From Candidatus Saccharimonadota bacterium (GTDB lineage: Bacteria; Patescibacteriota; Gracilibacteria; BD1-5; UBA6164): a DNA stretch of 32,000 nt. Shown here one piece after another: positions 1 to 10,320 of the stretch. The DNA lies in the NCBI GenBank assembly GCA_965229705.1, contig OZ245922.1, forward strand, positions 480,001 to 512,000, in the 5' to 3' direction. Each line of letters starts with the position of its first letter. The stretch's first letter is position 1. A program made the position numbers and the translations under genes. The notes under the pieces are model-generated. The model was given only the letters and a program-made list of their open reading frames with translations, had not been told where the DNA came from and did not search any database.

Positions 1-459
1 GAACCAATGCTCTCGCGATAGAAACGCGCTGTTTTTCACCACCTGATAATTCTTTTACGGAAGTATCTTTCTTCATCAAGAGCCCTACCTGTTCAAGAGC
101 TGTTGGAACTTTTTTGTATATTTGAGAATTTTTATATCCACACACCTCCATCGCAAAAGCAACATTTTCAAATACTGTTTTTGACTCCATGAGTTTATAG
201 TCCTGAAAAATCACTCCAATAGACTTTCGATATGCCAGTAAAAGTTTCTCTGTAAGATTTTTATACAAAAACCCTCCATTATCTAAAACAATATCTCCTC
301 TCTCTGGAGGAAAATCTCCTATAAGAGAACGGATAAGTGTTGTTTTTCACGATCATGAATGACCGATAAAAAATACAAACTCTCCAGGATGAATTTCAAG
401 AGAAATATCCCGAAGAACGATTTTGTTTTTAAAACTGAGAGTGAGCCTGTCTATTTTCA
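1..459 (-). CDS. ftsE: Cell-division ABC-type ATPase FtsE; the 3' end runs off the left edge of the window
   Basis: The minus-strand translation starts MKIDRLTLSFKNKIVLRDISLEIHPGEFVFFIGHSGSGKTTLIRSL... and reaches the LSGGEKQRVSIARAL signature. Both glycines of the Walker A loop GHSGSGKT are TGA codons (347-349 and 353-355). Confidence 0.85.
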
Positions 460-566
460 TTTTTTAGATATAAATCTTCCTTTGAATTCCCTCTTTTGAC
501 GATGAAACACGAAGCTCTTTCGCATTTCCCTAAAGACTAAAAAGAAATACATAAAAATCAAGAGCA

Positions 567-3065
567 TTAGCTTGCTTGTTCTTGTGCTTGCTGCCTTTTC
601 TTTTCTTCTATTTTTTCGAGTTGTTTCATGCGTTTTTCTTCTTCTTTTTTTTGTTTTAGCTCTTCTTTTCTCTTTTCCCACTCATCTTCTTGTTTTTCGA
701 TTTCTTGCATGGATTTATTTATTTTTTCCTCTACGAGCTCTTTTTTCTTACAATACCTTTCTCGTGAAACTTGGAGGATATTTTCATACCGCTCTCGAAA
801 CTCTTCAGGATCTTTTGGATGTGGAGGAAATGTTGCCGCTGAAAAAATAGGAGATGGCATTCCATCTATGAGTTGTTTGAGATATATCGTATACTTTTTT
901 TGGTTCATCAAGTCTTCTGCCTCTATATCCCCAGCAAAAGCTTCAGAGAGAAGTTTTGCATCATTGTGCCCTACCTGAAAAGACACAAGTGTTCAGACAT
1001 TTCCAAATACGGCTCATCTCACTGTTTCTGTCATTTGATCTATATACTGGTTTGCCATAACAAGATTGAGCTTATATTTACGAGCCTCTGAAAGAATGGT
1101 AGAAAAACTATCTGTAGCAAAGTTCTGAAACTCATCAACATAGAGATAAAAATCCTCTCGCTGATCTTCTGGGATATCTGCCCGACTCATCGCATCAAGC
1201 TGAAACTTCGTCACCATCATCGCTCAAAGCAGACTCGAAGCATCTTCTCAGATTTTTCATTTTGAGAGATTGACAATAATAATCTTCTTTTTATCCATTG
1301 CCCACCGCATAGAAAAAGAATTTTTTGGCTGTCACAATACATTTCTCAAAAGAGTACTTGAGAGAAATTGCCCAACCTTATTGAGTATCGGACCTGCTGT
1401 TTCATTTCTTTGCTGAGGAGTGAGTTTTCCATACTCGTGAGTCCAAAACTTTTTTACTACAGGATCTGTGATTTTTTTTATAACCTTATTTCTATACACT
1501 TCACTGGTAAGCATGAGCGGAATAGAAATCAGTGTCGTATTAGGGTACTCCATCAACGCCAACACCGTATTACGAAGTGTGTGTTCAAGTCTTGGTCACC
1601 AACTATCACCAAAAATTCTTTTAAAAATTCACACCAGTCCCGAAGCAATAAATGGTCGTTGTTCATCAGAAATATTTTCCAGCATATTAAATCCCAAAGG
1701 CCACTGTGTATCACTAGGGTCAAATATAATCGTCGCATTTGTTCTGTTTTTTGGAATGAGACCAATAATTCCTTCTGCCAAATCCCCATGAGGATCAATC
1801 ACGGCAACTCATCGTCATTTTTTAATATCATCGAGAATCATATTCTCTAAAAGTACGGATTTCCCCATACCTGTTTTTCCTATGATATAAGTATGTCTTC
1901 GTCTATCATTTGGTCACATACCAAAACTCATATCTGTACCTCGAAAATTTGTTTTTCCTATAGGGGTCAACTCTGACTCGGGAGAAATATCATCGCTCAG
2001 ATCAGCGTCAATAATCGGCAAATTACTCGGTGGTTCAAAGGCTCGACTACTCACCCAGTTGATATAGGGAGTTTTAACATACTGTGTTGGGAGATGTACG
2101 AGTCACGCGAGCTCTGGACTAGAAAGCATATTTGCCACATGTATTTCTCTATTTTTTACTCTGCGTATATCTGTAAAAGATCTGCTAATATTTCTCAGTG
2201 TGAGACTATTTTGCCCAAAATAAGAATATACCGAAAGAGTAGATGATATCTCCTTAATCGCCGAATGTACTTCCAGCTCATCCTCCCCAGCACACACTAC
2301 AGATATCTCTACCTCATATCATTCACTAGAAAGTTTTGCAAGAAACTTTGGATCGATTTTATCAGGATTTTCTAAAATATCATTTGCGTAGTCGACTTCT
2401 TCTTCTGGCGGGAGTGTTTCTCAAGTATCCTTATTTCATCTATTAAATAACAAAACAAGAAGTTTTCATAAAAGAAAAAAAGGAAAAAATATGATCTGAA
2501 AATACCAAAATAGTGGATGTAATAGTATATCTTTCAAAAACTGTGGATAATTTGCTTTGAGGACTTTAATAGTTCTCTTTGTATCTTTTTTCCAAATCTT
2601 TGACTTTATAGGACGAAAATTTACTTGAAAAGTATTGAGTGTGTATTTTCCCGTCTTTGAAAGGGCTCAAGTGAGTGATCCAAAAGGATCTATTTCTCAT
2701 CATTTTCCTGTTTTAACACTCTGATCCTCAAAAGTTTTGAGACTATAAAAAAAATGTTTCTTGAGTCCTATTTTTCATACGGCTATCTTGTCATCAGGGA
2801 CTCTCTCAAGATAATCTCATACCTCTCATATCTCTACATTGTGAAAGTGAGAATATATTTGATTTTGCAAAAATCCTTTATATTTTGCCGAACATATAAG
2901 AAAAAAACGAATCCTGTTTCCTACCTTGGTAATCTCAAAAGTAAAATTTTCTTTTTCATTTTTTCCAAGATATGCTCGATGAAGTATGACTAAAATCTCA
3001 TGAAATACGGCAGGACCTTTTTCGTTTTGCTTATCAACAAGAATTTCAAGAATAATTTTTTGCAT
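567..3065 (-). CDS. VirD4/TraD-like P-loop ATPase (the 'type IV secretion system DNA-binding domain' family common in CPR genomes) with a K/E-rich coiled-coil tail
   Basis: Track fragments 567-986, 1014-1220, 1332-1565, 2103-2297 and 2826-3167 are all in one frame and are joined only by TGA codons; I saw no TAA or TAG. Motifs include Walker A IIGKTGMGKS, AVIDPHGDL and Walker B LYVDEFQNF, followed by SEARKYKLNLVMANQY. I prefer the start at M35 (3065) over 3167, because 3079-3153 is occupied by the end of the upstream SOR gene. Confidence 0.8.
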
Positions 3066-3078
3066 ATCGCGAGTTTTT

Positions 3079-3555
3079 TTAATAGTTTTGTATATACCCT
3101 GTTCCCCAAAGTCCGTGTTGAGAACAACTTGCTCGAATCTCAAAGCTCTCCATTCATGATATATCAAACTCCGCTACAGGATCTTCATCTGGCATGATAA
3201 ATACCTCTTCTACAATATGCCCGTCTTCATCTATGAGATATATGGCTGTTATTCTATGATCTTCGCCTGCAGGGTGCATCTCCTCTTCTTCTCCGATACA
3301 TACTTCGATCTTGTGTTCATCATGGTAGAGGATTTTCGGAAGATGTTGGCGCTCAATATGAGAGAGATGTTCAGAATTATCTACATATATCACTTCATCT
3401 TCTATAGGAGAAAAGTCATCAAAACCCTCTCCACATCCCGGGCAATGAATATTCTCAGGAATCTCATCTATTCATGTTCCTGGAGAGATACCATCATCTC
3501 TTTCTCACAAAGATTCATCATAAATATATCAGCAATTCACGCAGAGAAATCTCAT
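3079..3555 (-). CDS. Rubredoxin-superoxide reductase (neelaredoxin-type) fusion protein
   Basis: The N-terminus reads MRFLCVNC(G)YIYDESL(G)ERDDGISPGT(G)IDEIPENIHCPGCG, where (G) marks a TGA codon. It is followed by QHLPKI, MHPAGEDHRITAIYL and ASCSQHGLW, which match SOR centre-II ligand motifs. The Cys/His ligands lie downstream of the TGA that ends track ORF 3154-3393. The true stop is TAA at 3079. Confidence 0.8.
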
Positions 3556-3621
3556 ATATTTTTGGGAAAATAAAGTATCTCTCTTATACTAGAGGAAATT
3601 TAGCATTTTCGCAAATTTTTT

Positions 3622-4320
3622 ATGCTGACAATGTCTCAAAATGAAGAAAAACTGCTCAAAGAATATCTCTGAGTCAAAACCTCTCAATGAGAAGATGAGA
3701 TACGACTTCTCCAAAAAGCACAAAAATATACCACGGTTTTTCGCTACATTCCAGGTATTCTCTGTCTTTGTGTTTGCAACTCTGTTGCGATGAATGCTGC
3801 TCACAAGGACTCTGATATAGATCTCTTTGTGATCACGAAAAATAAGCGTTTATGGACTGTGAGAATTCTTTTAACAGCTCTTGTGGCACTTTTATGACAA
3901 AGAAAAACTTCTCGAGAACATACAGGAAAATTTTGTTTGTCATTCTTCATTACAGAAAATTCGCTAAACCTTGAAGAAATTGCTCTAAAAAATGATTATT
4001 ATCTCTCTTATTGGACAGAAAATCTCATTCCTCTCATAAATAGAGAACACTCTCTTGAGAGATTTCAGCGTATCAATACCTCACCCTCTAACTCCCTCTC
4101 CTCAAGGATAGGGGGAAGCAAGCGGAGTGAATGGGGGTGATGTCATATATGAGATATTTGAGAATATATTCTCAAAAAAATATTTCTTCCACGCACAAAA
4201 AAAAGCTTCCAGAAACTCTGAAAACCTTTCTGAGTGATCATCTCTGATGATATGCTCAAGTTTCATGATCAAGATCGTAGAAAAGAGATACGAGAATATA
4301 TTTCTCAGTGAAGCGCATAA
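3622..4320 (+). CDS. Nucleotidyltransferase-domain protein (pol-beta-like NTase fold)
   Basis: One frame runs from ATG 3622 (or 3631) to TAA 4318-4320 and is interrupted only by TGA. It contains the motif NSVAMNAAHKDSDIDLFVIT. Track ORF 3937-4140 is in the same frame. Confidence 0.55.
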
Positions 4321-4350
4321 AAAAGGTCGTTGGTTTTATACTCTCACTTC

Positions 4351-5655
4351 CTACTCGAGACTGACCTCCACTCTTCAAATGACGCTCTCCTTCGTCATCT
4401 CATGAATACAACAACACAGTTGTTTTTTTGTCACATCTTCAGCGTCTCCATTAACAATATCAAAATATACCTTTTCCCCTTTTTTTGGAAATCGCTCAAG
4501 TTTGTGCGTTATCATATAAGCAAGAGAATCTCCACCAAACTCCTTTTCCTCGAGACCAATATCAGAAAACTCCAGATCAAACTCCTCCAAAACATCTGCA
4601 AACTGTACCCCGGGATCAACACTGAGAACTCCTTCTTTTTTTTCAATAATCTCATCTATTCACTTATCAGTTTCATCATGAATCTCTCCAAATATCTCCT
4701 CTATCACGTCTTCTATTGTTACCAGTCACGCGACTCATCCATACTCATCTTTGACAATAGCCATATGCTGCCTCGTTGTTTTAAAACTCTCAAGCAGAAC
4801 ATCAAGTGGCTGATTGATAGGTACTTGCAACATTTCTGGAAGTGATACATCTTTGAGTTTTTTTCGAGTTTTTCATTGTTTTTTTTGCTCAAGTAACCAA
4901 CGGATAGAAACAACAGCAATAATCGTATCTATCTGCTGATGATATACAGGAATACGACTATGATTTTCCTGCATATAAAACTCCAAAGCCTCTCACAAAG
5001 TCATCTCATCAGACATTGCTACTATCCTCACTCGCGGAATCATAATTTCCTCGACGAGTGTATCGTGAAACTCAAGAGAATTTTTTAAGAGTTCATGCTC
5101 TTCTTCCTCAAGTGTTCCTGCATCTTTTCCTAGATCAATAAAACTCTCTATCTCCTCTTCTGTCACGCTGATACTACTATTTTTTCATGTAAATATGAGG
5201 ATAAGTTTTTCTAAAACAAATATAACAGGAGACAAAAGTATCATGAGATAAAAATACATAGGGGCAACAAAAAGCCCTATTTTTTCTGCATTTTTTGTGG
5301 AAAAACTTTTGGGAACTATTTCTCCAAAAACTAAAATCAAAAAGGTAATAACTCCTGTTGCAAGACCAACAGCAAGTGATGCCTCCATACCAGAAGAACT
5401 TGCAATACTCAAAGAGATTTGCGTTGCCAGCGCCGCAGTATAAACATTGACGAGATTATTTCATACGAGAATAGTGATGAGCAGTCTATCCGTATTTTGA
5501 CGAATCTGATGCAGTGCTCAGGAACCAAACTTTTTTTGTTTGAGGAGAGCATCTATCTTGTGTTTTGGAAGGCTCATAAGAGCAATCTCACTTCCTGAGA
5601 AAAATCCAGAAAGGATAAATAATAAGAGAAAGAGTCAGTATTGCCAGGGGTCCAT
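4351..5655 (-). CDS. CNNM/HlyC-CorC family membrane protein (DUF21 + CBS + CorC_HlyC)
   Basis: The translation reads MDPWQYGLFLLLFILSGFFSGSEIALMSL...ITILV(G)NNLVNV...GEIVPK...TEEEIESFIDLGKDAGTLEEE, ending in a CorC_HlyC-like C-terminus. Track ORFs 5185-5412 and 4375-4590 are in the same frame. The stop is TAG at 4351. Confidence 0.85.
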
Positions 5656-5789
5656 AAGGGAGAAGGAGTTACTATGTAAATAAAGTAAATAGTGTGTCTA
5701 TGCATTTTAGCTCAAAGCATAGATATTGTAAGAGCACATATATATTCAAGAAAAACTATACAACACAAAATAACAAAACTACCTCTCAC

Positions 5790-6980
5790 TTACTTTATAT
5801 CAAATATCTCCAAAGACTCTCATATAAGTCTTCCCTCTTCATTTATATATACATGCGTTCCAAAGTATGATAGGAGAGCCATATCATCATCCTTGATTGG
5901 GTTGATGTAGAGTTGTTTTCCATCGTCTAGATTCTCCTCCGCGCGAACTCTATAGAGTAAGAGTTCCTCTGTCGTTAAGTTTTCTACAAAGAGTATATAG
6001 TCATATTGAGCAATATCAAATACATATTCATTTCCTGTTTTTTCACTACTGAGTGAAAGCTCTGCATCATCTTGCAAATATCAAATAGCTGGCTGAGAAG
6101 ATATTCCTTCTCTTTTTTCTGTCATGATAAGCTCACGAGTAGCATTATATCTATCTTTATCTACCCTGTAAAGTACCAAACGATACTCTTGATCAAACTC
6201 AAGGTACAAAAGAACCTCAGAAAGAGAATCTTTTGAAAGTTTTCCATAGACGCTGTCAGTATTATTACTGTTTTCCTCAATGTATGATCACAACTCATCA
6301 TGCGACCAAAAAATATTATACAAACCAGAGTCAGAAGTAATAAAACCATACATCTCTAGACGAGCGTTAACATCATTATCAATATATGCATCTGGATAAT
6401 ATGTTCATATACTTGATCCAACTGTATAATCATCACTATTAAAATTATCATCTACACCGTCAGAGCTAAGATATGCCTGTGATCAAATATCTATCTGTGT
6501 TCCTGCACTATCTGCAAATACGGCGCTGAGCTCATTTTGATTCACGCTCACATAATATCCATCATACTGTGCAAAAGCAATATCCGTAAAATCATCTTTA
6601 AAAAGAATTTTAAGGTCTTTTCACTGATGAACCTGAGAAGAGAGACAATACAAAGAATCGTTTTCTCGCGCAAGAGATGTTGATATTCCAGGTGTCACGA
6701 TAGGACTCGCATTCAAAACGGGTGTTGAGAGCGTAACAGACTGTGGACAAGAAATATTATCTACAAATCATCATCCATCACCATTGATTTCACGAGAGTA
6801 TTTAAAAGAAAGTTCTGCCTTAGTCTTAATAATATTAATGATTGTTTTTGATATCTGTTCAACACGAAAACTCCTACTAAGCTCTAATGATATATTGAGA
6901 ATCACGTCAGCAATAAACACTGAAAGCGTTACAAGCATCAATGTATAAACCAGAACTGTTGCTGCACTATTACGAACCAT
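5790..6980 (-). CDS. Membrane-anchored hypothetical protein, possibly a PilX-like minor pilus component
   Basis: A single frame runs from 6980 to TAA at 5790 with about nine in-frame TGA and no TAA or TAG. The hydrophobic N-terminus is MVRNSAATVLVYTLMLVTLSVFIADVIL. It starts 3 nt after the stop of the upstream pseudopilin gene. Confidence 0.5.
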
Positions 6981-6983
6981 ATG

Positions 6984-7598
6984 CTAAAAAGAAAGAGTAT
7001 AATATTTGAGGTCATCTTGCGGGAGTTCATCCCAAGAAGTATCTTCATAATCAGGAGAAAAGAAGGTAAATATTTCTAAAAATAGATCAACAATATCTCC
7101 ATTATTATAGGGAGTAAGTTGCATATTTTTTATAAAAAAATCTTCTAATACTTTATCTTTTTGAAATACAAGATTATAAGGAGATGCTGGGTTACTACTA
7201 TCTGTAAGAGCATCAAACTCTGTCTGTGAGAGACTTCGATACCCAAAAACCGTTTTTTTATATATCCCTGCATCACTCTGAGAAACAAGTGTGTAGGTAT
7301 CCATATCTACAATTCAAAACATAATCCCTCCTGAAATCCCTGGACTCGTAATGAGACCAATATCAGAGATATCTCACAGATTATCTTGTAAAACAGATAT
7401 ATTTCAAGTATTAAATACTGAACTAAAAGCATAAAAATCTCTCAGAAATTTTGCCTCTATTTGCGCCTCAATTCAACGAGAGGTACTACTACTCATAAGA
7501 TAAAAAATTGTTCCAAGTACGAGAGCCGATATCACAACTGCTACTATCAATTCTATCAGAGTATAGGCTCTTGTATTTTCGCAATAAAACTTCTGCAT
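6984..7598 (-). CDS. Protein with a prepilin-type N-terminal domain (minor pseudopilin)
   Basis: The N-terminus is MQKFYCENTRAYTLIELIVAVVISALVLGTIF, a class-III signal-like motif with Glu at +5. The frame is open through TGA down to TAG at 6984. Confidence 0.65.
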
Positions 7599-7664
7599 TT
7601 TTTTACATTTTACAAAAAATTCATATGATTACTGTGAAATATACTTTTTTTCGTATTTTACGCA

Positions 7665-8102
7665 ATGCTTCACAATAATAAAGGAGAGTCATTTGTTGGA
7701 ATTGTGGTATGAGTCTTGTTGCTTTCTTTTGTTGTTCTTGCTATCATGAATCTCCTGATTTTCTCCTATGATGTCACGCAAAAACACTTTGAGAGAAACA
7801 ATATTGATATTCTTTCAAATAATCTCAGCAGAGTTATCAAAGCCCTTGATACCTCAGCACTTGTAGAAAATGAGGTTTTTTATGTTCATAAAAATAGGGC
7901 AGCAGGAAATATATATGAGATCAAAAGAGGGGCAAGTAATGACTTTTATAGGTTCGTTAATAAACATGGGGAAACTATTGATGTAGATACTTATGAGTGA
8001 GAGATATACTCACAAATCCTATGGGTTGCAAAAGAAGATACAAGTATTACAGAACAAGATCAGGTAATACGAGTAAGTATTAAGCGACTAACAAAAAGGT
8101 AA
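7665..8102 (+). CDS. Small N-terminally anchored protein with a degenerate pilin-like N-terminus
   Basis: The N-terminus is MLHNNKGESFVGIVV(G)VLLLSFVVLAIMNLL. The frame runs from 7665 to TAA at 8100-8102 with two TGA codons. It is divergent from the 6984-7598 gene. Confidence 0.45.
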
Positions 8103-8106
8103 GAGA

Positions 8107-8557
8107 TTATTTTCCACAATAAAAAAATCCCGAACTACTTACGAGTTTTTGTGTATTTCATTGATAGTTAGTAGGTATAGTATTTACATTATTAAGTACT
8201 TCCATTCAGCTTGGGCAATTTGTTTCTCATGAGGTAGAGTCAAAAGAAATATTTATATAATAACGATCATCGATAGAATCATCTACTTTTCATGTTCAAG
8301 ACAAAGTAATTCTTCCTGTAGTAAAACTCACTTTGTTATCTTCAAGATCTATTCACATGATAGTTCCATCAGGAACACTCACTATTTTATCTTCCACCAG
8401 TATATCTCAATTGACTTTGTAGTTTCCAGGCCAGCTACAATCTGACTCTACAGTATAGTCTCTATTAAATGTTGGGATGCAGTCAGTAGCATAACTATAA
8501 TAAAAAGAAAATAACAGGACTATTATAGATGCTGGAATATATATATTTTGCAGGCAT
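8107..8557 (-). CDS. Small secreted hypothetical protein whose start codon is out of frame with the body
   Basis: A roughly 145-codon frame with eight TGA and no TAA or TAG ends at TAA 8107. It encodes a signal-peptide-like ..IPASIIVLLFSFYYSYATDC. The only ATG (8555-8557) is displaced by one nt across an A4/(TA)5 run. Confidence 0.4.
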
Positions 8558-8586
8558 ATTGTATAAAAATTATAACGATATATTTT

Positions 8587-9486
8587 TTAGTTTTCTAGGG
8601 CTTCAATTCTTGCTTTGAGCTCTTCTATTTGGTTTTGTTGTTCTTTCACAGCTTCAAGTAACACGGCACTAAGTTTGCCATAATCAACGGACTTATAACC
8701 CTCATCATCACTACTAACGATTTGGGGATACACCGTTTCAACTTCTTGAGCGATAACTCCAATTTGTTGACTCTGATCTTTATCGGTATCTTTCCAGTTA
8801 TAGGTTACTCCTCGAAGTTTTTGTAGGTTTGCGAGTGGGTTTTGGAGTTTGGTAATATCGGTCTTGTAACGAGCGTCTGAGGTAGTATAACCACTAGTGA
8901 ATCGCGCTTTACCCGTTACATCCAGTTTATAAGAGGGATTTCTGTTCCCGATTCCAACGTTTCCATCAGTATACACCGCATCATCAGTATCGTCACCATC
9001 GACAAATTTACCGTTAGCAACGCTCGCTGAACTCCAATCTGGAGCTGTAGAGCTCCCTGGACAATTTCCGACACAAGAAGTAGAAATACTTTCTGAACGA
9101 ATACCTCACGCTACATCCAAGAGTTCTTTAGGAGAACTCGTTGATATTCATATATTCCCGGATACCTCATAAATACTTGTAGGCTGAAATATTGAGCCAT
9201 CAAACATTACTAAACTGTCAGTATCTCATGAACTGAACTCATCAAGTATTTTTAAAAAGACATTTCCTATTTTCCCATCTGTTCCAAATACCTTTGCAAT
9301 GATTTCTCACAGTTTTCCTTTTTGTTCTGCCTGAGTTGTTGGCAAGTTTGGATTTACTTGTTGCATATCATTGATACGAGGCTTTGTGAGATCAAAGTCT
9401 TGTTGCGTATCAGCAGCATATGAAAGAGGATTCGATACATGTACCACAAGAGTGCTAACGATACAAAGTGATAATAATAGTTTCAT
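8587..9486 (-). CDS. Secreted protein with a C-terminal peptidase-S74 / tail-fibre intramolecular chaperone domain
   Basis: The signal peptide is MKLLLSLCIVSTLVVHVSNPLSYAAD. The C-terminus reads SDARYKTDITKLQNPLANLQKLRGVTYNWKD...IGVIAQEVETVYPQIV...VDYGKLSAVLLEAVKEQQNQIEELKARIEALEN, which is the typical S74 pattern. The length is 900 nt, in frame with track ORF 8587-8976. Confidence 0.8.
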
Positions 9487-9513
9487 AAAACAATCGTTAA
9501 AAAAGATAAAAAA

Positions 9514-10189
9514 TTACTTTATTATATAAAATAGAGATTCTTCCGTTGTCTCAAAATCAATAATATTATTTTGGATAGTATTGGGAGTAAAGTGAGAATC
9601 ATTTGTCTCTCCAGAAAGACTTTCTGGGTTGGTAATACTTGTTCCATCATTACTAAAATCATCATTCTCGGTTGGAGACTCTGACTGATTTTCTACATCA
9701 GCATAGATGTCAAAAGCTATCCCCTCAAAATTTTGGAATCATAGATCTTCACTATATCCATAACCATAAAGTTGCCCATCATCAAGACAGTAATACACAA
9801 AAGTATTATTATCAAAATCAAAATCTATAATATTCGCTATAAGAATATCATCAGAGTTTATAGCCATATCCTGTTGTGCAGGCTGTTGTAGAACTGACAA
9901 TTCTTACATTTTCTCAGGCATTAGAAGACCAATCTGCTTGGAAATATCCAAAAATATCATCATAGTAAAACCCTGAGAAATAATTTCCAATCACTGCAGA
10001 GTTGTCTCAGAGATTATAATACTCTAGATTTTTATCAACAGAGATATAGCTATTACTTGAACCTTTTCATGTAGAAGTTTGAGCAGAAAAAGACTCTCAA
10101 AGAGTATCCACGGCAAGTACTGGGGTATCTATCATAAAAAGAGACAGAATAAAAAACGCAAGGATTTTTTGAGTCTTTTTTTGTCTCAT
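9514..10189 (-). pseudogene. Secreted 'GYGYSE'-repeat protein split by an apparent frameshift near 9857 (a genuine frameshift or an assembly indel)
   Basis: Frame 1 (10189-9809) reads MRQKKTQKILAFFILSLFMIDTPVLA...CTTGYGYKL and then four TGA in 15 codons before TAA TAA. Frame 2 (9867-9514) reads ..NSDDILIANIIDFDFDNNTFVYYCLDDGQLYGYGYSEDLGFQNFEGIAFDIY.. Removing one A from the run at about 9857-9859 joins the two frames. Confidence 0.5.
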
Positions 10190-10320
10190 AATTCTTTTTT
10201 TCTATACTAAAATCAGAATTCATTATAACATATAGGATATTCAACTTCAAAAGAGTTCCGAGTTTTTTGGAGAAATATATCTTGCGAATCTCTTAATAAT
10301 ATCTCATTACACAACTTATT

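Noticed and set aside
457-986. Track ORFs 457-681(-), 572-850(+) and 628-978(+), with K/R-rich or F/L/S-rich products
   Set aside because: They are out-of-frame or antisense readings of the K/E-rich coiled-coil tail of the VirD4-like gene, whose own frame carries the family motifs.
3079-3167. An 89-nt overlap between the SOR gene and the ATPase if the ATPase starts at 3167
   Set aside because: The SOR frame in this stretch encodes the essential CxxHGLW ligands. An in-frame ATG at 3065 gives a non-overlapping start 13 nt after the SOR stop. The longer start therefore looks like a standard-code artefact.
4080-4140. The odd G/C-rich stretch inside the nucleotidyltransferase gene (..ccctctaactccctctcctcaaggatagggggaagcaagcggagtgaatggggg..) as an inserted repeat element
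   Set aside because: It keeps the reading frame and has only weak self-complementarity. It does not match the E element or the CCCGGG hairpins, so there is too little evidence.
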